Source: the human T2T-CHM13v2.0 reference genome, Homo sapiens. From it: a DNA stretch of 64,000 nucleotides. The stretch is from assembly GCF_009914755.1 (NCBI RefSeq), contig NC_060933.1. The stretch is one strand, 5' to 3'. The position numbers were made by a program, and so were the translations under genes. This document shows, one piece after another, positions 34,219 to 50,736 of this stretch (the first letter of the stretch is position 1; every line of letters begins with the position of its first letter). The notes below the pieces were generated by a model. The model worked only from the letters and a program-made list of their open reading frames with translations, searched no databases and had not been told where the DNA came from.

Positions 34219-35603
34219 AAAGGAACAGACCAGAGAACTCAGAAATAACACCACACATCTACAACCATCTAATCTTCAACAGACCTGACAAAAGCAAGCA
34301 ACGGGGAAAGGATTTCCTATTTAATAAATGGCTGGGAAAACTGACTAGCCCATATGCAGAAAACTGAAACTGGACCCCTTCCTTACAACTTACACAAAAA
34401 TTAACTCAAGATGGCTTAAAGACTTAAATGTAAGACCTAAAACCATAAAAACCCTAGAAGAAAACCTAGGCATTACCATTCAGGACATAGGCATGGACAA
34501 AGACTTCATGATTAAAACACCAAAAGCAATGGCAACAAAAGCCAAAATTGACAAATGAGATCTAATTATACTAAAGAGCTTCTGCACAGCAAAAGAAACT
34601 GTCATCAGAGTGAACAGGCAACCTACAGAATGGGAGAAAAATTTTGCAATCTATCCATCTGACAAAGGGCTAATATCCAGAATCTACAAAGAACGTAAAC
34701 AAATTTACAAGAGAAAAACAAACAATCTCATCAAAAAGTGGGCAAAGGATATGAACAGACGCTTCTCCAAAGAAGACATTTATGCAGCCAACAGACATAT
34801 GAAAAAATGCTCGTCATCACTGGTCATCAGAGAAATGCAAATCAAAGCCACAATGCAATACCATCTCATGCCAGTTAGAATGGCGATCATTAAAAAGTTA
34901 GGAAACAACAGATGCTGGAGAGGATGTGGAGAAATAGGAACGCTTTTACACTGTTGGTGGGAGTGTAAATTAGTTCAACCATTGTGGAAGACAGTGTGGC
35001 GATTCCTCAAGGATCTAGAACTAGAAATACCATTTGACCCAGCAATCCCATTACTGGGTATATACCCAAAGGATTATAAATTATGCCACTATAAAGACAC
35101 ATGCACACGTATCTTTATTGCAGCACTATTTACAATAGCAAAGACTTGGAACCAACCCAAATGCCCATCAATGATAGACGGGATTAAGAAAATGTGGCGC
35201 ATATACACCATGGAATACTATGCAGCCATAAAAAAGAATGAGTTCATGTCTTTGCAGGGACATGGATGAAGCTGGAAACCATCATCCTCAGCAAACTAAC
35301 ACAAGAACAGAAAACCAAACACTGTATGTTCCCACTCACAAGTGGAAGTTGAACAGTGAGAACACATGGACACAGGGAAGGGAACATCACACACTGGGGC
35401 CTGTTGGGCGGAGTGGGGGGCAAGCAGAGGGAGAGCATTAAGACAAATACCTAATGCATGCGAGGCTTAAAACCTAGATGACCGGTTGATAGGTGCAACA
35501 AACCACCATGGCACATGTATACCTATGTAACAAACCTGCGCATTCAGTACCTGTATTCCAGAACTTAAAGTAAAATTTTAAAAAGTAATTAATTTTAAAA
35601 AAA
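34206..35603 (+). mobile_element. 5'-truncated L1PA (L1PA7/8-like) inserted in an older antisense L1M
   Basis: ORF 34610-35269 is ORF2 C-terminus; 3' UTR gcttaaaacctagatgaccggttgataggtgc; A-rich tail. Confidence 0.93.
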
Positions 35604-36336
35604 AGTAATGGCACTAACCTAATAGGATATGTGCATATTCAGTTTTACTCTATCAGGCGAAACTGTTTTTTCCAGAGCAGTGATAACAGTTTACATTTCC
35701 TTCAGCAGAGGACGAGTGTCTTCAAGCTTCACACCCCAGCCAGCATTTGGTACTGTTCCACTTTGTATTTTTCCAGTTTGCTTCGTATGTACATGGTACC
35801 TCATAATTTTATTTTGGTGGTTTGTTTTTTGTTTTTTGTTTTTGAGACAGGGTCTCACTCTGTAGCCCAGGCTGGAGTGCAGTGGTAGGATCACAGCTCA
35901 CTGCAGCGTCGACTTCCTGGGCTCAAGCACTCCCTACAACCTCAGCACCTCCCCACCCCCATCCAGTAGCTGGGACTACAGGCGCAAGCCACCATGCCTG
36001 GCCTTTATAATTTTAATTGCATTTCTCTAATTACTAATAAGGTTAAGATTAAACATTTTTTCCTATGTTTATGGACCACTTGTGTTTCCTCTCCTATTAA
36101 ATTCTTGTTTGTGTATTTTCTTTTTTTTTTCTATTGGGTTTTCTGTCTCTTTAATATTGATTTTAGGAGACCTCCTAATAGTCTCGATACCAATCCTGCA
36201 CGGGGGAAAAAAAAAAAAGCTCTAGGCTCATTCTGTGACTTTTCATTTCATGCTATACATGGCAAGGTCTTAAAAAATGTGTATCCATCTTTTCTTTATG
36301 GATTTTGCCTTCTGCATCTTGTTTAAAAAATTCTTA

Positions 36337-36645
<309 letters not shown>

Positions 36646-36737
36646 CTATACTCACCTATAAGGTCTAAGGTCTAATGTTTTAATTTTTCTTTCACAGCTA
36701 AGCCTTTAATCTACCTGGACTTGTGTAAGATATGGGC

Positions 36738-37215
36738 AGTGTGATTGACAGAGTGCACAGATGTCTGCAATTATTTCCTTCGCTGTATCCATGTCCCTTT
36801 GTAATGTTACTTTTCAGTTTTTACCATCAAGAGACAGAGCCTACTTTCCCAACTCTTGAAAGTGCTGCTGTGCTAGTTTCAAGTCTGGACCTCAAAAGGC
36901 CTATACAATTACGCCTGATGTCTTAGAACCCTTCCTCCACCACAAGAATAAGCCCAGACTAACCTGCAGGAAGATGAGAAACCATGTGAAGCCGAAACAA
37001 GACGTCCTGGGTGAAGCCATCTCAGGCCAGTCAGCCCCTAGCTGACCCAACAGCTGACCACAGATGCATGAATGAACCCAGTCAGGGCCAGAAGAACCAG
37101 CCAGGAGCTCAATCAAAATTGTTGACCCATAGAAAGAAGACCTAAATAAATGCTCGTTGTTTTAAATCTCTGCCTTTTGGAGAGATTTGTTATGCATCAA
37201 AATGCTAACAGATAT
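36738..37215 (+). mobile_element. MLT1 (G/H-like) LTR
   Basis: gccagtcagcccctagctgaccc...aataaatgctcgttgttttaaatc...gttatgcatcaaaatgctaac. Confidence 0.7.
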
Positions 37216-37444
37216 AGGTAGAAATCCATTTCATATTTTTCCACATGGATAATCACCTGTGCCTGTATCATTTATTTATGAATCCATCCTTCCTCATTAA
37301 TCTGCAATGCCACTTCTCTCAAATAGCAAATATCAATATGTGGAAGGGTCTGTGGGCTTTCTCTTCTGTTCCATTGGTTTGTAAGTCTATCCTTAGGCCA
37401 ACGCTACACTGTGTGGTTTACTATACTTTTATAATAAAGTGTAT

Positions 37445-37772
<328 letters not shown>

Positions 37773-38406
37773 TAGAAACATTCCTTCCATCTTGTTCTTC
37801 TTCCTCAATAGTTATCTCTTCCTATCCCTTTGCATTTTTATATAAATTTTGAATTAAGCTTCTGAATATTCATGAAATATCTTATTGGAATTTTGATTGA
37901 AAATGCATTGAATTGTTAAATCAATTTTGAGAAAACCGACATCTTTACAATATTGAATCTACTATTAAAGAACATGGCATACCATTTATTTGGTCTTTGA
38001 TGCCTCTAAAATTTCTAGAATTTTCTTCATCAAGATCTTGCATACCTTTGCTGGACTTACTTCTAATTCATTTTCAGTAATATTGTAAATAGTATCTTTT
38101 TATAAATTTCACTTTCATTGCTGTTGCCCTACAGACCTGCTATTATCTTTTAACAACTTTAAAATTCACAGACCATAAAATTTACCCAAAATATACAATA
38201 TAATGATTTTAGTATTTTCACAGAGTTATGCAATCATTACCATAACCAATTTTGGAAGTTTTCATCACTCCAAAAAGAAACTTCATATCCATTGTCATTT
38301 CCTCCCCATTTTCTCCCAACAGCCACCCTTTCTTTCCTGACAACTACTAATCTACTTCTATCTCTACAGATTTGGCTATTCTGGACATATCAGTTAAATG
38401 GGATCA

Positions 38407-38726
<320 letters not shown>

Positions 38727-39188
38727 TTATCATTCATACTGATTTGTCAGCCTTCTTTTGGTGAAGTCTCTCGCTTTTTATTTTCAAGAATTTCAAGGGT
38801 CTGAGTAAAACTGGCCCCTAACCCTCAAGAACTAGATGGGGATAGATAAAAAAGTTTTTTATATAGTCAAGCTTTGTGAGTGTTACTGGTCACTGACTCT
38901 CCTCTTATGAGGTCCCTCTCTTACATAAGCAATATGATTAAAACTGATGAAATATTTGTGTACATTATATTCAAAGAGGAGGAGCAGTTGCAGCATATTT
39001 TGTATTTTGTAGGCTTTTATTTTATTTTGTATTTTTTGTTCCTAATGCTTAGTTTTCTCAAGCTTTTTACTAAATGACATTTTGAGTTGATCTGAGAGTT
39101 TAATCTTTATTTCTAGATGTCAGGATTTCAGTGGTTCTTTTAAAAATAATCAGCTCTACTGCTTACTCTGATTAATTATTTTCCCTAG

Positions 39189-39304
39189 GCCTCAGGATCA
39201 TTCAGCTCAGCAAACAAATACCGCTGGAAGCAATGTTACTACATCATCAACTCCTGATAGTAACTCCATATCTGGTTCTGCTACTGGCAACCCTTTTGGT
39301 TTAG
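39189..39304 (+). pseudogene. Duplicated (unprocessed) copy of UBQLN1 exon 3
   Basis: ttattttccctag|G CCT CAG GAT...GGT TTA G|gtgtct; 116 nt encoding [38 protein letters not shown] vs recalled ubiquilin-1 [38 protein letters not shown] (35/38); no other UBQLN1 exons recognised in the window. Confidence 0.88.
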
Positions 39305-39767
39305 GTGTCTTTAGTCATTCCAATAGAAATGCAAAAAAATACCCCTTTCTGTTTCTGGGTAGTTTCAGATAAAATGAGAAAATAAAACTTTATGTCACTT
39401 TAACAACAAAAATCTTAAAAACTAATTTATATAGTCCTACAATTGTAGATATTAAGGAAGTGGTTGGGGATATGGATGTCCTGGGTTACCTTACATTTAA
39501 TAAGTGGTCAATAATTGGCACATTTCTTTTTAATAATGAAAAAGATGCAGTGTATGTATACCTGATCTGACTACCACATAATTTAGCATGAGTAAGATTA
39601 GTTAATTGTTCATCATAAGCCAGCACCTCTGAGTAATAATTTTCTCATTTGTAAAATGAAGGGATGGGACTGCATTAGTTATTTTTGTAACTGTCCTGAA
39701 TACATGGAAGGGCTGGGGCCTGGGAAGCCAGCCCAGCCTAAAACTGCTTTTACTTTTCTTATAGTCG

Positions 39768-40001
39768 TTTTTTTGTTTGTTTTTTGTTTTGTTTTGGTTT
39801 GGTTTGGTTTTTGTTTTTTAGTTTTTTGGTTTTCTTTAAGAGAGGCAGGATCTTGCTCAGTCACTGAGGCCAGAGTGCAGTGGTGCCATGATAGCTCACT
39901 GCAACCTCAAACTCCTGACTTATGGGATCCTGTTGCCTTGGCGTCCCAACCTACAGCATCTATAATGCTGAGGTTACAGATGTGAGCCACTGCGCTTGGC
40001 C
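39768..40001 (-). mobile_element. Partial AluJ
   Basis: T-rich tail then degenerate antisense Alu. Confidence 0.8.
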
Positions 40002-40625
40002 TATATTAGATTTATATATTGAGGTTCTGTGGAAGATTTTGTTGAGGATGAAAGTACTCTGAAGCTTAACAGAAGTTGAAGTAGATAGATAAATGGCTTA
40101 ATGCTTCTTTTGATTCTTGTATGACTAGTATAGCACCCTGAAATGGCATATTTATGCACAGTTTTTACATATCAATGATCATGCCTTTTATCTCTTCCAT
40201 AAGATTAATTCAGTTGTGCCATGCCAAATGTATGTTAGAGGCATTTAAGGTATGGCATGGCTTGACATAGGTTCACATTCACTGTTAGTTTTGTTTTAAA
40301 TGTTTCCTGTCCTTATTTTCCAAAAAGATCTTGTGTTAAGTCTTTTGATTGAGGAAGGTGTGTTTTAGTTGTCAAAAATTATTCATATGAACAATCTAGA
40401 GAAATTAGGATGAAATGATTTAGTGTTCAGACCTATGAAAGGTATTGTTGAGGTAATTCTCTCCTGTCTTCCTTCATGTTATAGGCAGAGATCTTGAATC
40501 AGAAAGAGGCTTTTAGTTATTTTGTCAGAGGCTACGCAACCCCCATATCCCTTCATTTCTAGTCTCATTCCCACATCCTCCTTCTATCTCTGCAGCTTTT
40601 CTCCATCAATTAATTCATCAATTAA

Positions 40626-40710
40626 TCTAACTTCAAAGATCATACTTTTCCTACTCTGTTAAAGGCCCTGATAATCCATTAAACAAATGATTGACAAGAA
40701 GTGAATCAAG
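40626..40710 (+). repeat. Copy of IDNK intron-3 segment 55515-55603
   Basis: 85 bp, 4 substitutions and one 4-nt indel by hand alignment. Confidence 0.95.
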
Positions 40711-41030
40711 TCCAGGCACAGTGGCTCATGCCTGTAATCCCAGTACTTTGGGAGGCCGAGGTGGGCAGATCATTTGAGGTCAGGAGTTTGAGACCAGCCT
40801 GGCCAACATGGTGAAACCCCATCTCTACTGAAAATACAAAAATTAGCCAGGCGTGGTGGCGCATGCCTGTAATCGCAGCTACTCAGGAGGCTGAGGTGGC
40901 AGGATCACTTGAACCTGGGAGGCGGAGGTTGCAGTGAAGAGATTGTGCCACTCACTCTGGCGTGGGTGACAGAGTGAGACCCTGTCTGCCTCAGAAAAAT
41001 AATGATAATAATTTAATAAATAAATAAAAT
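40710..41030 (+). mobile_element. AluS
   Basis: Full dimer with AT-rich tail. Confidence 0.9.
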
Positions 41031-41034
41031 TTAT

Positions 41035-42040
41035 TTTTATACATGTGTAAATCCAGTTGTTGTAGCACCATTTGTTGAAAAGACAGTTCTTTCCTCATTG
41101 AGTTGTCTTGTCACCCTTGTTGAAAATCAATTTCCCATAAACTTATGGATTTATTCCTGGACTCCCAGTTATATTCCATTGGTCTGTACATCTATCCTTA
41201 TGTCAGTACCAAATTGACTTTATGAGTATATAAGTGAAGTAAGTTTTTTAAATGGGAGATGTGAATACTCCAACTTTTCCCTTTTTCAAGATTTTTCTAT
41301 CTCCTTCAAATTTCCATATGAACTTCAGAATCAGCTTCTCAGTTTCTGCAAAGGAGCCAGCTGGGATTTTCATGAGGATTGTGTTGAATCTGTATAATTT
41401 GGAGGGTGTTGCCGTCTCAAAAATATTGTCTTCCAAATCATGAAAACAGGCTGTCTTTCCATTTATTTAGGCCTCCTTTAATTTCTTTCAAAAATGTTTT
41501 GTCGTTTTCAGACTACCATTTTATACTTCTGTTAAATTTCTAATTATTTTGTTCTCTTTGATGCTCTTGTAAATGAAAATTTTTTTAATTTTTTCCTTGC
41601 AGATTGTTTAGAATTACAATTGATTTTATACACTGATCTTGTAACCTGTCACTTTCCTGATCTCACTTATTAACTCTAGTAGGTTTATTGTGGATTCCTT
41701 AGGTTTTCTATAAACAAGATCATGTGATCTGGAAATAGAGATAGTTTTACATATTCTTTTCCAATCTGGATGCCTTTTATTTCTTTTTCTTATCCAATTG
41801 CCCTGGCTAGAACCTCTAGCAGAATGTAGAATAGAAGCGGTGAGAGAAGACATTCTTGCCTTGTTCCTGATCATAGGGAGAAACATTCAGTCTTTTCACC
41901 ATTAAGTATGATGTTACCTGGGGTTTCACAGATACTTTTTATCTAGTTGGGAATTTTGTATTCCTGGTTTGTTGAGTATTTTGATCACAAAGGGAAGTTG
42001 AATTCTGTGAAGTGCTTTTGTTTTACATCTATTGAGATAA
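41035..42040 (-). mobile_element. L1M ORF2 fragment
   Basis: ORFs 41248-41436 and 41626-41886 are degenerate L1 ORF2 (EKLILKFIWK, LLELISE). Confidence 0.85.
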
Positions 42041-42814
42041 CAGATACCATTTTGCCTTTCTGCAAACTTTGTTCTGGATCTTTAGAGTGGCCACTTTTAA
42101 TTATGAAGATGTGAAGCAAGTATACAGCCATTACTTCCAGAAGAAAGTGTAACAAGCTACTTGGCTAAGACCTGGGATTTGACTTTTAAGCTCTTTCATG
42201 CATCTATTTGAACTCTCAGAATTAAACTGGGATCAAGGACTCTCCTGGAAGGGAAAGGGGGAAGATCCAAACTCTTCTCAATTAGACATATCAGAGCTGT
42301 GAGGCTCCTGGTATGTGAATATCTGTCCCAACCCAGCCATCTTTGTGGATGATTTGCCTCCCAGGGAAGTGCCTGTGCGCATTAAGGTGCTCGTCACTGA
42401 GCTCTGTTTAACCGCTGTGGAAATGGTCAGCTTCATACAGGAGCACTGCCATTTCTGTTTGAGACTTACAGTACATGCTGTCCAGAATCTGGGGGTGATC
42501 TGGACTTGAGTGACTATAGAAACGCATGCAAGAAGCTGTGCCTCGCTAGGGACTCGGGGTTTCCAGAGTACCATGTGCCTCAGTACAACAGTTCTTGCAG
42601 TAGACAGGACCTAAAACCAGACCAATATTCAGCATCTGGGTTGCCCCATAGTAACAGCTGGGAAGCACCGAGACAACCAGGACCAGCAGGTGGCACTCTT
42701 TGGAAAGCAAAAAAAAAAACGTGGAATTCAGCTCTTAGGGGCACCTTTGAAGTTCCGCTGTCCTGGAAGCAGGCACAGAGTTTCACTGACACTGGCATGC
42801 TGGGTATCTTTCAT

Positions 42815-43315
42815 TGGTACCTCCAGATACAATCTCCACCCTTCTCTTCCCTGCTCTGAGCCCAGGAAATTGGCATGCATGGGCACCGCCGGACTCCCTA
42901 GCTCTCCACCTTCCAATTGGGTTTGGCTGGTGGGGTTTGGCCACGAGCAGGAGATCACAGGGCAAGAGGAGGGGAGGGGAGGTTATTTATTCTCCTGATT
43001 ATTTTTCTGCTGGGTCAACAAGGAATGTCTATCTCTCTCTTCCTAAGGCTACAGTCCTGTCAGACACTTCTTTCTATATGGTCTATTCTCTCTGTCTCTC
43101 TCCTTCCATTCTCTTCCCTTCCCATATAAAGGCTCCCTCTCATCAGCCCCTTTCTATTTAAGAGTGAAAACACTTCTCGGTTACTCAGATGTGGACTCTG
43201 CCCCTAGTTGCTTTTTCTGACCCTACCCACACCTGTGCTAATAGTCCCTTTGTTAAATCCTGTTCACCTGCCCCAATTTGAGCATGCTGTTTCCTGCCAC
43301 CACCCTGAGCAGCAC
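42815..43315. mobile_element. ERVL LTR33/LTR16-like element
   Basis: tctccacccttctcttccctgctctg...ttccaattgggtttggc...gcaggagatcacaggg...tttgttaaatcc...aatttgagcatgctgtttcctgc. Confidence 0.6.
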
Positions 43316-43835
43316 AGCAAGTTTAAGATCCTTGGACATGTCTGGGGAAAGAAATCCAAGGAGAAGAATCAGATTTTCTGCTAATCATTCTGATTTGAAC
43401 ATTGAAAGAAATATGAGCTTTTTTTTTTCATACTGAGCTAGCGAAGCAGGGCACGAGTTAAGAGTATTTGCATACACATCTATTCCTCTTATCAAGCTTG
43501 AGAATGCCTAGAGGGTAATCTTTTAAATGAATATTAATATGATATTAACCAGCACATGGTAGATGTTCAAGAAATGTGTATTGACCATAACTGAATTGTA
43601 AGACCTCTCTCCAAGCCTCAATTTCTTCACCTGTACAGCCCCCATCCAGATTGAAATCTCACCTACTCGGGCTAAGTATATGAAAAACAAAGGCAGTGCA
43701 GGGGTAATTGAACTATTCATTAGATAAATGCTTTTATGTCACTTTTATTGTTTTCTAGGACACAGAGTAATACCTACCTTGGTTAACAAAAGACCAAAGG
43801 AGGTGATGCCAAATGCGGTTAGAAGTGCTTTTAAT

Positions 43836-44101
<266 letters not shown>

Positions 44102-44549
44102 AGAAGTGCTTTTAATCAAATAGTTCAAACGACACATAATTAACATTGTTTTAAAGCAAATGGACACTTTAAAGTGGTGCTCCTTCCTCTTAAAGCCCCA
44201 ACCAGTGCTGGATTTAACAGCAGAGCCATACAGCCAAGACATATGCTGCTACGGTCAACACTCAACCCTAAGTTTGACACCAAAAGATGGCCGCCATTTA
44301 TTATTGTGACAAAAGGCCAGATTACAAAACGCTGTGTACGGCCTGATCCCAGTTTTACAAAATACTCATACCCATCTATCTACGACGGGGCGCGGGGAAA
44401 GGGGAGTCGTTTTAGGAAGTGCTGCTTATTGCTGCCTGGTGTGGGAAATTATGAGTCTTATTTTCTGTTTATTCTTTTTACAAGAACATTTTTATAAATG
44501 AATGAATGAATGCTTTCCATGGGTGGATGAGGATCCGGCCTGCCAGGGT

Positions 44550-45410
44550 GAGGATCCTCTGGAACCAAGAGGGGCCGGGGCAGTAGAACGACAGGTGGCG
44601 GGGCTTTGGGCGGCTCCCTCCAGCCCAGGGAGACGCGAGTGCCAGGCCGGGCGCGCGCTTCACTTCCGGGAAGAGGAAAGAGGGAGGGGAGGGGAGAGGA
44701 AAAGAAGGGGCAGGAGAGAGAGGCCGGGAGGTTGGGAAAGGGAGGAGGAAAGCATGGAAAAGGGGCGCGGGAAAACGGGGAGGGCGCAGAGGGGCACGGC
44801 CCTCACTGCCCCGGCCGGGGCGAGAGCGGCTCCGCCCCTCGAGCGCCGGGTAGGCCGGGGCCGGCGGGGCCCGGAAGGCGACGGGAAGGAGCCGAGCTTG
44901 GGTCATGGCGGCGCCGGGCGCGCTGCTGGTGATGGGCGTGAGCGGCTCGGGGAAGTAGGTCCGGGAGAGGGCGGGGGGCGCCCGGGACAAGTGTTGCGGG
45001 CGCGGCGGAGGCCGGACGCGTCGCCGTCCCTGCCGGTGGACTGGGGTCTTGGGGACCCCCCACCCTTCCCTTTGCAGATGAAGAAACCGAGGCCCGCGGC
45101 TGCCGCGCCCTCTCCCCGCCCTCCAGCCTGCTCGCGGGGCGCCCATCCTGGGACCGCATCCGAGCTCCGGGTTCCCGCTCTAAGACGGGGAGGCTGCGGC
45201 GACCGCAGGCTCAGGGAGGAAGCCGCTCCTGAACAGGCGGCTGCGGGGCCGCGCAGGTGGAGGCCTAGCGAGCGGCGCGGGGCTAGGTTTCGGGGCGCCT
45301 TGTCGGGGCCAGGCGGGAGGGCGCACGGCCTCTAGCGAGAGGACGCAAACCACGGCCCAGGCTCTCACAGACCTTTGGCCATCTGGACACACAGCGGCCT
45401 CCTCCTATGA
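44550..45410 (+). promoter_or_regulatory. IDNK: CpG island / IDNK promoter and first exon
   Basis: Very high GC and CpG density; ETS/GABPA motif cacttccgggaag at 44661-44673; GC boxes; no TATA. Confidence 0.9.
44905..44954 (+). CDS. IDNK: Gluconokinase (IDNK) coding exon 1
   Basis: gtcATGg Kozak; MAAPGALLVMGVSGSG(K) P-loop; donor AA|gtaggt. Confidence 0.96.
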
Positions 45411-46099
45411 GGCCCTGGACTTCTCCGATTCAATTTTGGAAAGTGAATCGTTTTCCCCTTCCTTTCATCAGCTTAACCTGGAAGGAGACAGCGTTAATAT
45501 GGAGGGTGGCTCCTGAGGGTTTGGAAAGAAAGAAGAGAATTGTGGAAACCACAGAGGTAGCCCAGTGTGCTAACCTGGAGACTGAGGAGTTAACATTTGG
45601 CTTCCTGTTTAAACCAAAGTCTAACTGTGCCCTTTATCAGAAAAGACAGCTGCTGTACCATTCGACCACAGGCAGCAAAGGACAGAACTTGATCAGCTAA
45701 AACATCATAACCTTCAAGGGCCTATAGGACCCTTCTAGAATTTTCTGAATCAGGAACGGCCCATGTTGTGGCCTGTGTAGTCAGGTGTATATTAAAGATT
45801 TACTCCAGGTAGATGGGTTTTGCTTTCCAAAATTATTGTAGGGTTCTCAGCCACAAAGATAAAAAGAAATCTTGAACTGCAATTGAAATAAAACATGGAG
45901 CCCCCAAATCCCTAGCTGCCATATGATTTGAATCAGTTGGAGAATGTAAAATCATTGCCATGGTGTGATGTAACAGGAGTGAAGAGCCCTAGGTCTTGGT
46001 TCTGTTGCTGTCTGGCTGTGTGAGCCTGGGCAGTTCATGTACCCCCTCTGAGTCTTGAATCAGATGAGGGAGGCCTAATCCCTATGATGTATAGCTTGT

Positions 46100-47370
<1,271 letters not shown>

Positions 47371-48139
47371 CTTTGTGAACCCCTATTGGAGCCTTACAGG
47401 ATTTTTTAATTATACTCCATAGCATTTAGAAAAATATTTATCACAGCCTAATGGCTGAAGAGAACAATAGTCTCAAAACAGAAAGACTCCATTTAGAACA
47501 CTGTTAAAACACAGTGACCTCAAGGACTAAGTTTGTTACTGTCTTCCCCCACCTGAATGTAAAGGATTATTTTCCTTTTTATTTACTGATACATGTGTCT
47601 AGAACAGTTCCTGGCATTTCGTAGATACTAAATACTTGTTGACTTAATGAATGGATGGATGGATGGAAGACGGCAGGCATCTGAGTGGGTGGCAGAGTTA
47701 ATTTTCTTTATATTTTCACAATCTTAATGAAGCCACCCTTAACATCTCCTTCCAGGTTTCCTTCTCTTTGCTGATGAAACAAGCTCAGACCTTTTGAATA
47801 TCTTTCTCATTGATTCTGCATCCCTTCCTTCTCCCCCATTGGTCTGTGTTGTCTTTTTAAGTCCCTTGCCCCTGATTTAGACCAACCCACTGGGAGACAT
47901 ATGGACCCCAAATCTTGATTTGTAATCCTGGGTCTGACCAGTATTTTTGGGCCCAGCACTGTGCCTTATTTCTGCCAGGGTCTTTGGTGCATATTCAAGA
48001 GTCCAGGTGTTCTCTGGTTTAGACAGACAGTGGTTTTTCTTTTCCCATCTTCTTCCTGACAGTCTACACCCACATCTCTTTACCTCTGCTTTCAAATTAT
48101 GAGTGCTGGCTGGCATGTTCATTCATGGCTAATCTAACT

Positions 48140-48440
48140 TGTTTTTTTGTTTTTTGTTTTTTGTTTTGAGACAGACTCTCACTCTGTCGCCCAGGCTGGA
48201 GTACAGTGGCGTGATCTCGGCTCACTGCAACCTCTGCCTCCTGAGTTCAAGCGATTGTCATGCCTCAGCCTCCGGAGTAACTGGGGTTACAGGCGTGCAC
48301 CACCACGCCCAGCTAAGTTTTGTATTTTTAGTTGAGACGGGGTTTTGCCATGTTGGCCGAGCTAGTCCCGAACTCCTGGCCTCAAGTGATCCGCCTGCCT
48401 CAGCCTCCCAAAGTGCTGGGATTATAGGCGTGAGCCAAGG
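48140..48440 (-). mobile_element. AluS (IDNK intron 1)
   Basis: Antisense dimer; flanks ctaacttg. Confidence 0.92.
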
Positions 48441-49906
48441 GCTCAACCTAACTTGGTCTTAAGTGTGATTTCTGCTATGCACACTTCTGGCTTCACCAGC
48501 CATGGAGTTTGGCCGGGATGGTCTACTCATCCGTAGGCTGCATGTCTCCCTGCGCAGCCTTCAATAGAATGAACTAATGGGAAAGGTTTCACTGCTCTCG
48601 CAACCTTTGGTTACATCCAGGAGCAGATCTCAGTTTGGTACAACTGTGTCTAACACCTCTCTGATAGCTTTTTAGTGAAAGAAAGAGGACCTTTGTTAGG
48701 CAACAGTATCCAGCTAGAATTTAATCACATTGTTCTGTTTTCATTATATACAGCTTTTCAGGTACCTTCTATTCAAGGCAAGTGATGATAGCTTCTTGTG
48801 CAAGGGAATGAAAGAAAGTTTCCTTCTTTAACACACTTATTTAATTTTTAAAAGTGAAGCAATTAAATAAAAACATCAAAATGTTGAGGTGATATGTAAA
48901 ATTTAAGAGGGCATGATAAAATAGTATGGGGATAGGTAAAAATTAGGAAGATAGTGCTTAAATAATTGGCATTTGGGCAACACTTTAAACACTGAAAGCG
49001 AGAAAGCACTTTATGGGTCATTGTCTGCTGGCCTCCACCCCTACCTACCCTATGTACTAGACTGTTTAGGAAGGCTGAGGCCATGTGTCAGTGAGCTTAC
49101 CGTTACATCCTGGGAACTGGTAGGTGCTCAATAAAGAAATGAAATGTAGGTGGATGGATACATCATGTGGCTCAGATCCCTTGTTTTGCAGGTGAGAAAA
49201 CTGAGGTTTAAAGGAACAGGTGACTTGGCTGGGAGCACTCAGTCATTTAGTGGCAGTAGGCAACTGTGGCCCCATCTCCAGTACTGAGTCCCGAGCCCCT
49301 TTCACTAGCACATGCTGCCTGGTAGAGTATGAACAGATAGTTACCAAATGCTCTACACAGAGAACATTTAACCCCCAGTCTTAACAAGTGCCGGTGATTC
49401 ATGAGATATTGACCCATGTCCTTTATTTTACGAGTGTGTCTCTTTTAAACTCCAAAAATGTTTTTATGCTTTTATGAGTGTCCTGAACTTTACATGGGTG
49501 CTGCTGGAGATTAAATCCTCCATCAGACCCCTCCATTCAATATTTTCAGCAGAATTTTATCACTATGAATTCAACATCCCCACCACAAAAAAAAAAAAAA
49601 AAAAATACACAACAGGGACCAAAAACTGATTACTGAAGAAAAAACTTGGGTTTAATGAGATCTTATATATTGCCTTTAGAGAAAGAAATAGTGTTAACTA
49701 ATTATTTCTTCATTGACATTCGTGGGGATCAGCTAAGGCCAGTCTCCAGACTCCACGGTCACGGGCATCACTGCTTTAGGATTACACAGTGATTGGTGTT
49801 TAAATTCCTGCTAAGGCAGCCATCCCTTTCCCAGACATCCTTGCACAGAAGGAAGCTCCACACATTGGGCAGGGCAGTAACGGGAACATCTGTGTCCTCT
49901 CCACAG

Positions 49907-49937
49907 ATCCACCGTGGGCGCCCTGCTGGCATCTGAG
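49907..49937 (+). CDS. IDNK: IDNK coding exon 2 (31 nt)
   Basis: tcctctccacag|A TCC ACC GTG GGC GCC CTG CTG GCA TCT GAG|gttagt = (K)STVGALLASE, in phase with exon 1. Confidence 0.95.
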
Positions 49938-50100
49938 GTTAGTAACCTGTCCTAATGCCTTCCGAGTGCTTGTCCCATTGTGTTCTGGTCTCCTTGCATC
50001 TCTGCCTTTTTTCTGCTTTGTACAGACACTTCCACATGGCTTTGAACCCCACTGGAGCAATTTTGTTTTTCTCCTTGGTGATTACAAATAGTGATGAATA

Positions 50101-50391
<291 letters not shown>

Positions 50392-50532
50392 GTAATGAAT
50401 TAAAGGAGGCTGTGGTAGCCCAGTCATGGGGGTTGTGAAATGGCATGACAAGGTGCTTCCCTCCTGGGGGTTGTCCTTGGGGTTGATGGGAACCAGGCGG
50501 GTGGTATTGTTTCTACACCTGCCTGTTAGTAA

Positions 50533-50736
<204 letters not shown>

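Noticed and set aside
39189-39304. The functional UBQLN1 gene itself
   Set aside because: Only one exon is present, it has three amino-acid differences and a weak donor, and no neighbouring UBL or STI1 exons were recognised.
42278-42859. Cluster of ~100-aa ORFs on both strands upstream of IDNK
   Set aside because: No recognisable domain or convincing exon structure; cannot be supported as coding.
44478-45335. Long ORFs of 277 aa (+) and 222 aa (-) over the CpG island
   Set aside because: Low-complexity R/G/P/A-rich shadow ORFs expected in stop-poor GC-rich DNA. The real CDS is the 50-nt IDNK exon 1 in another frame.
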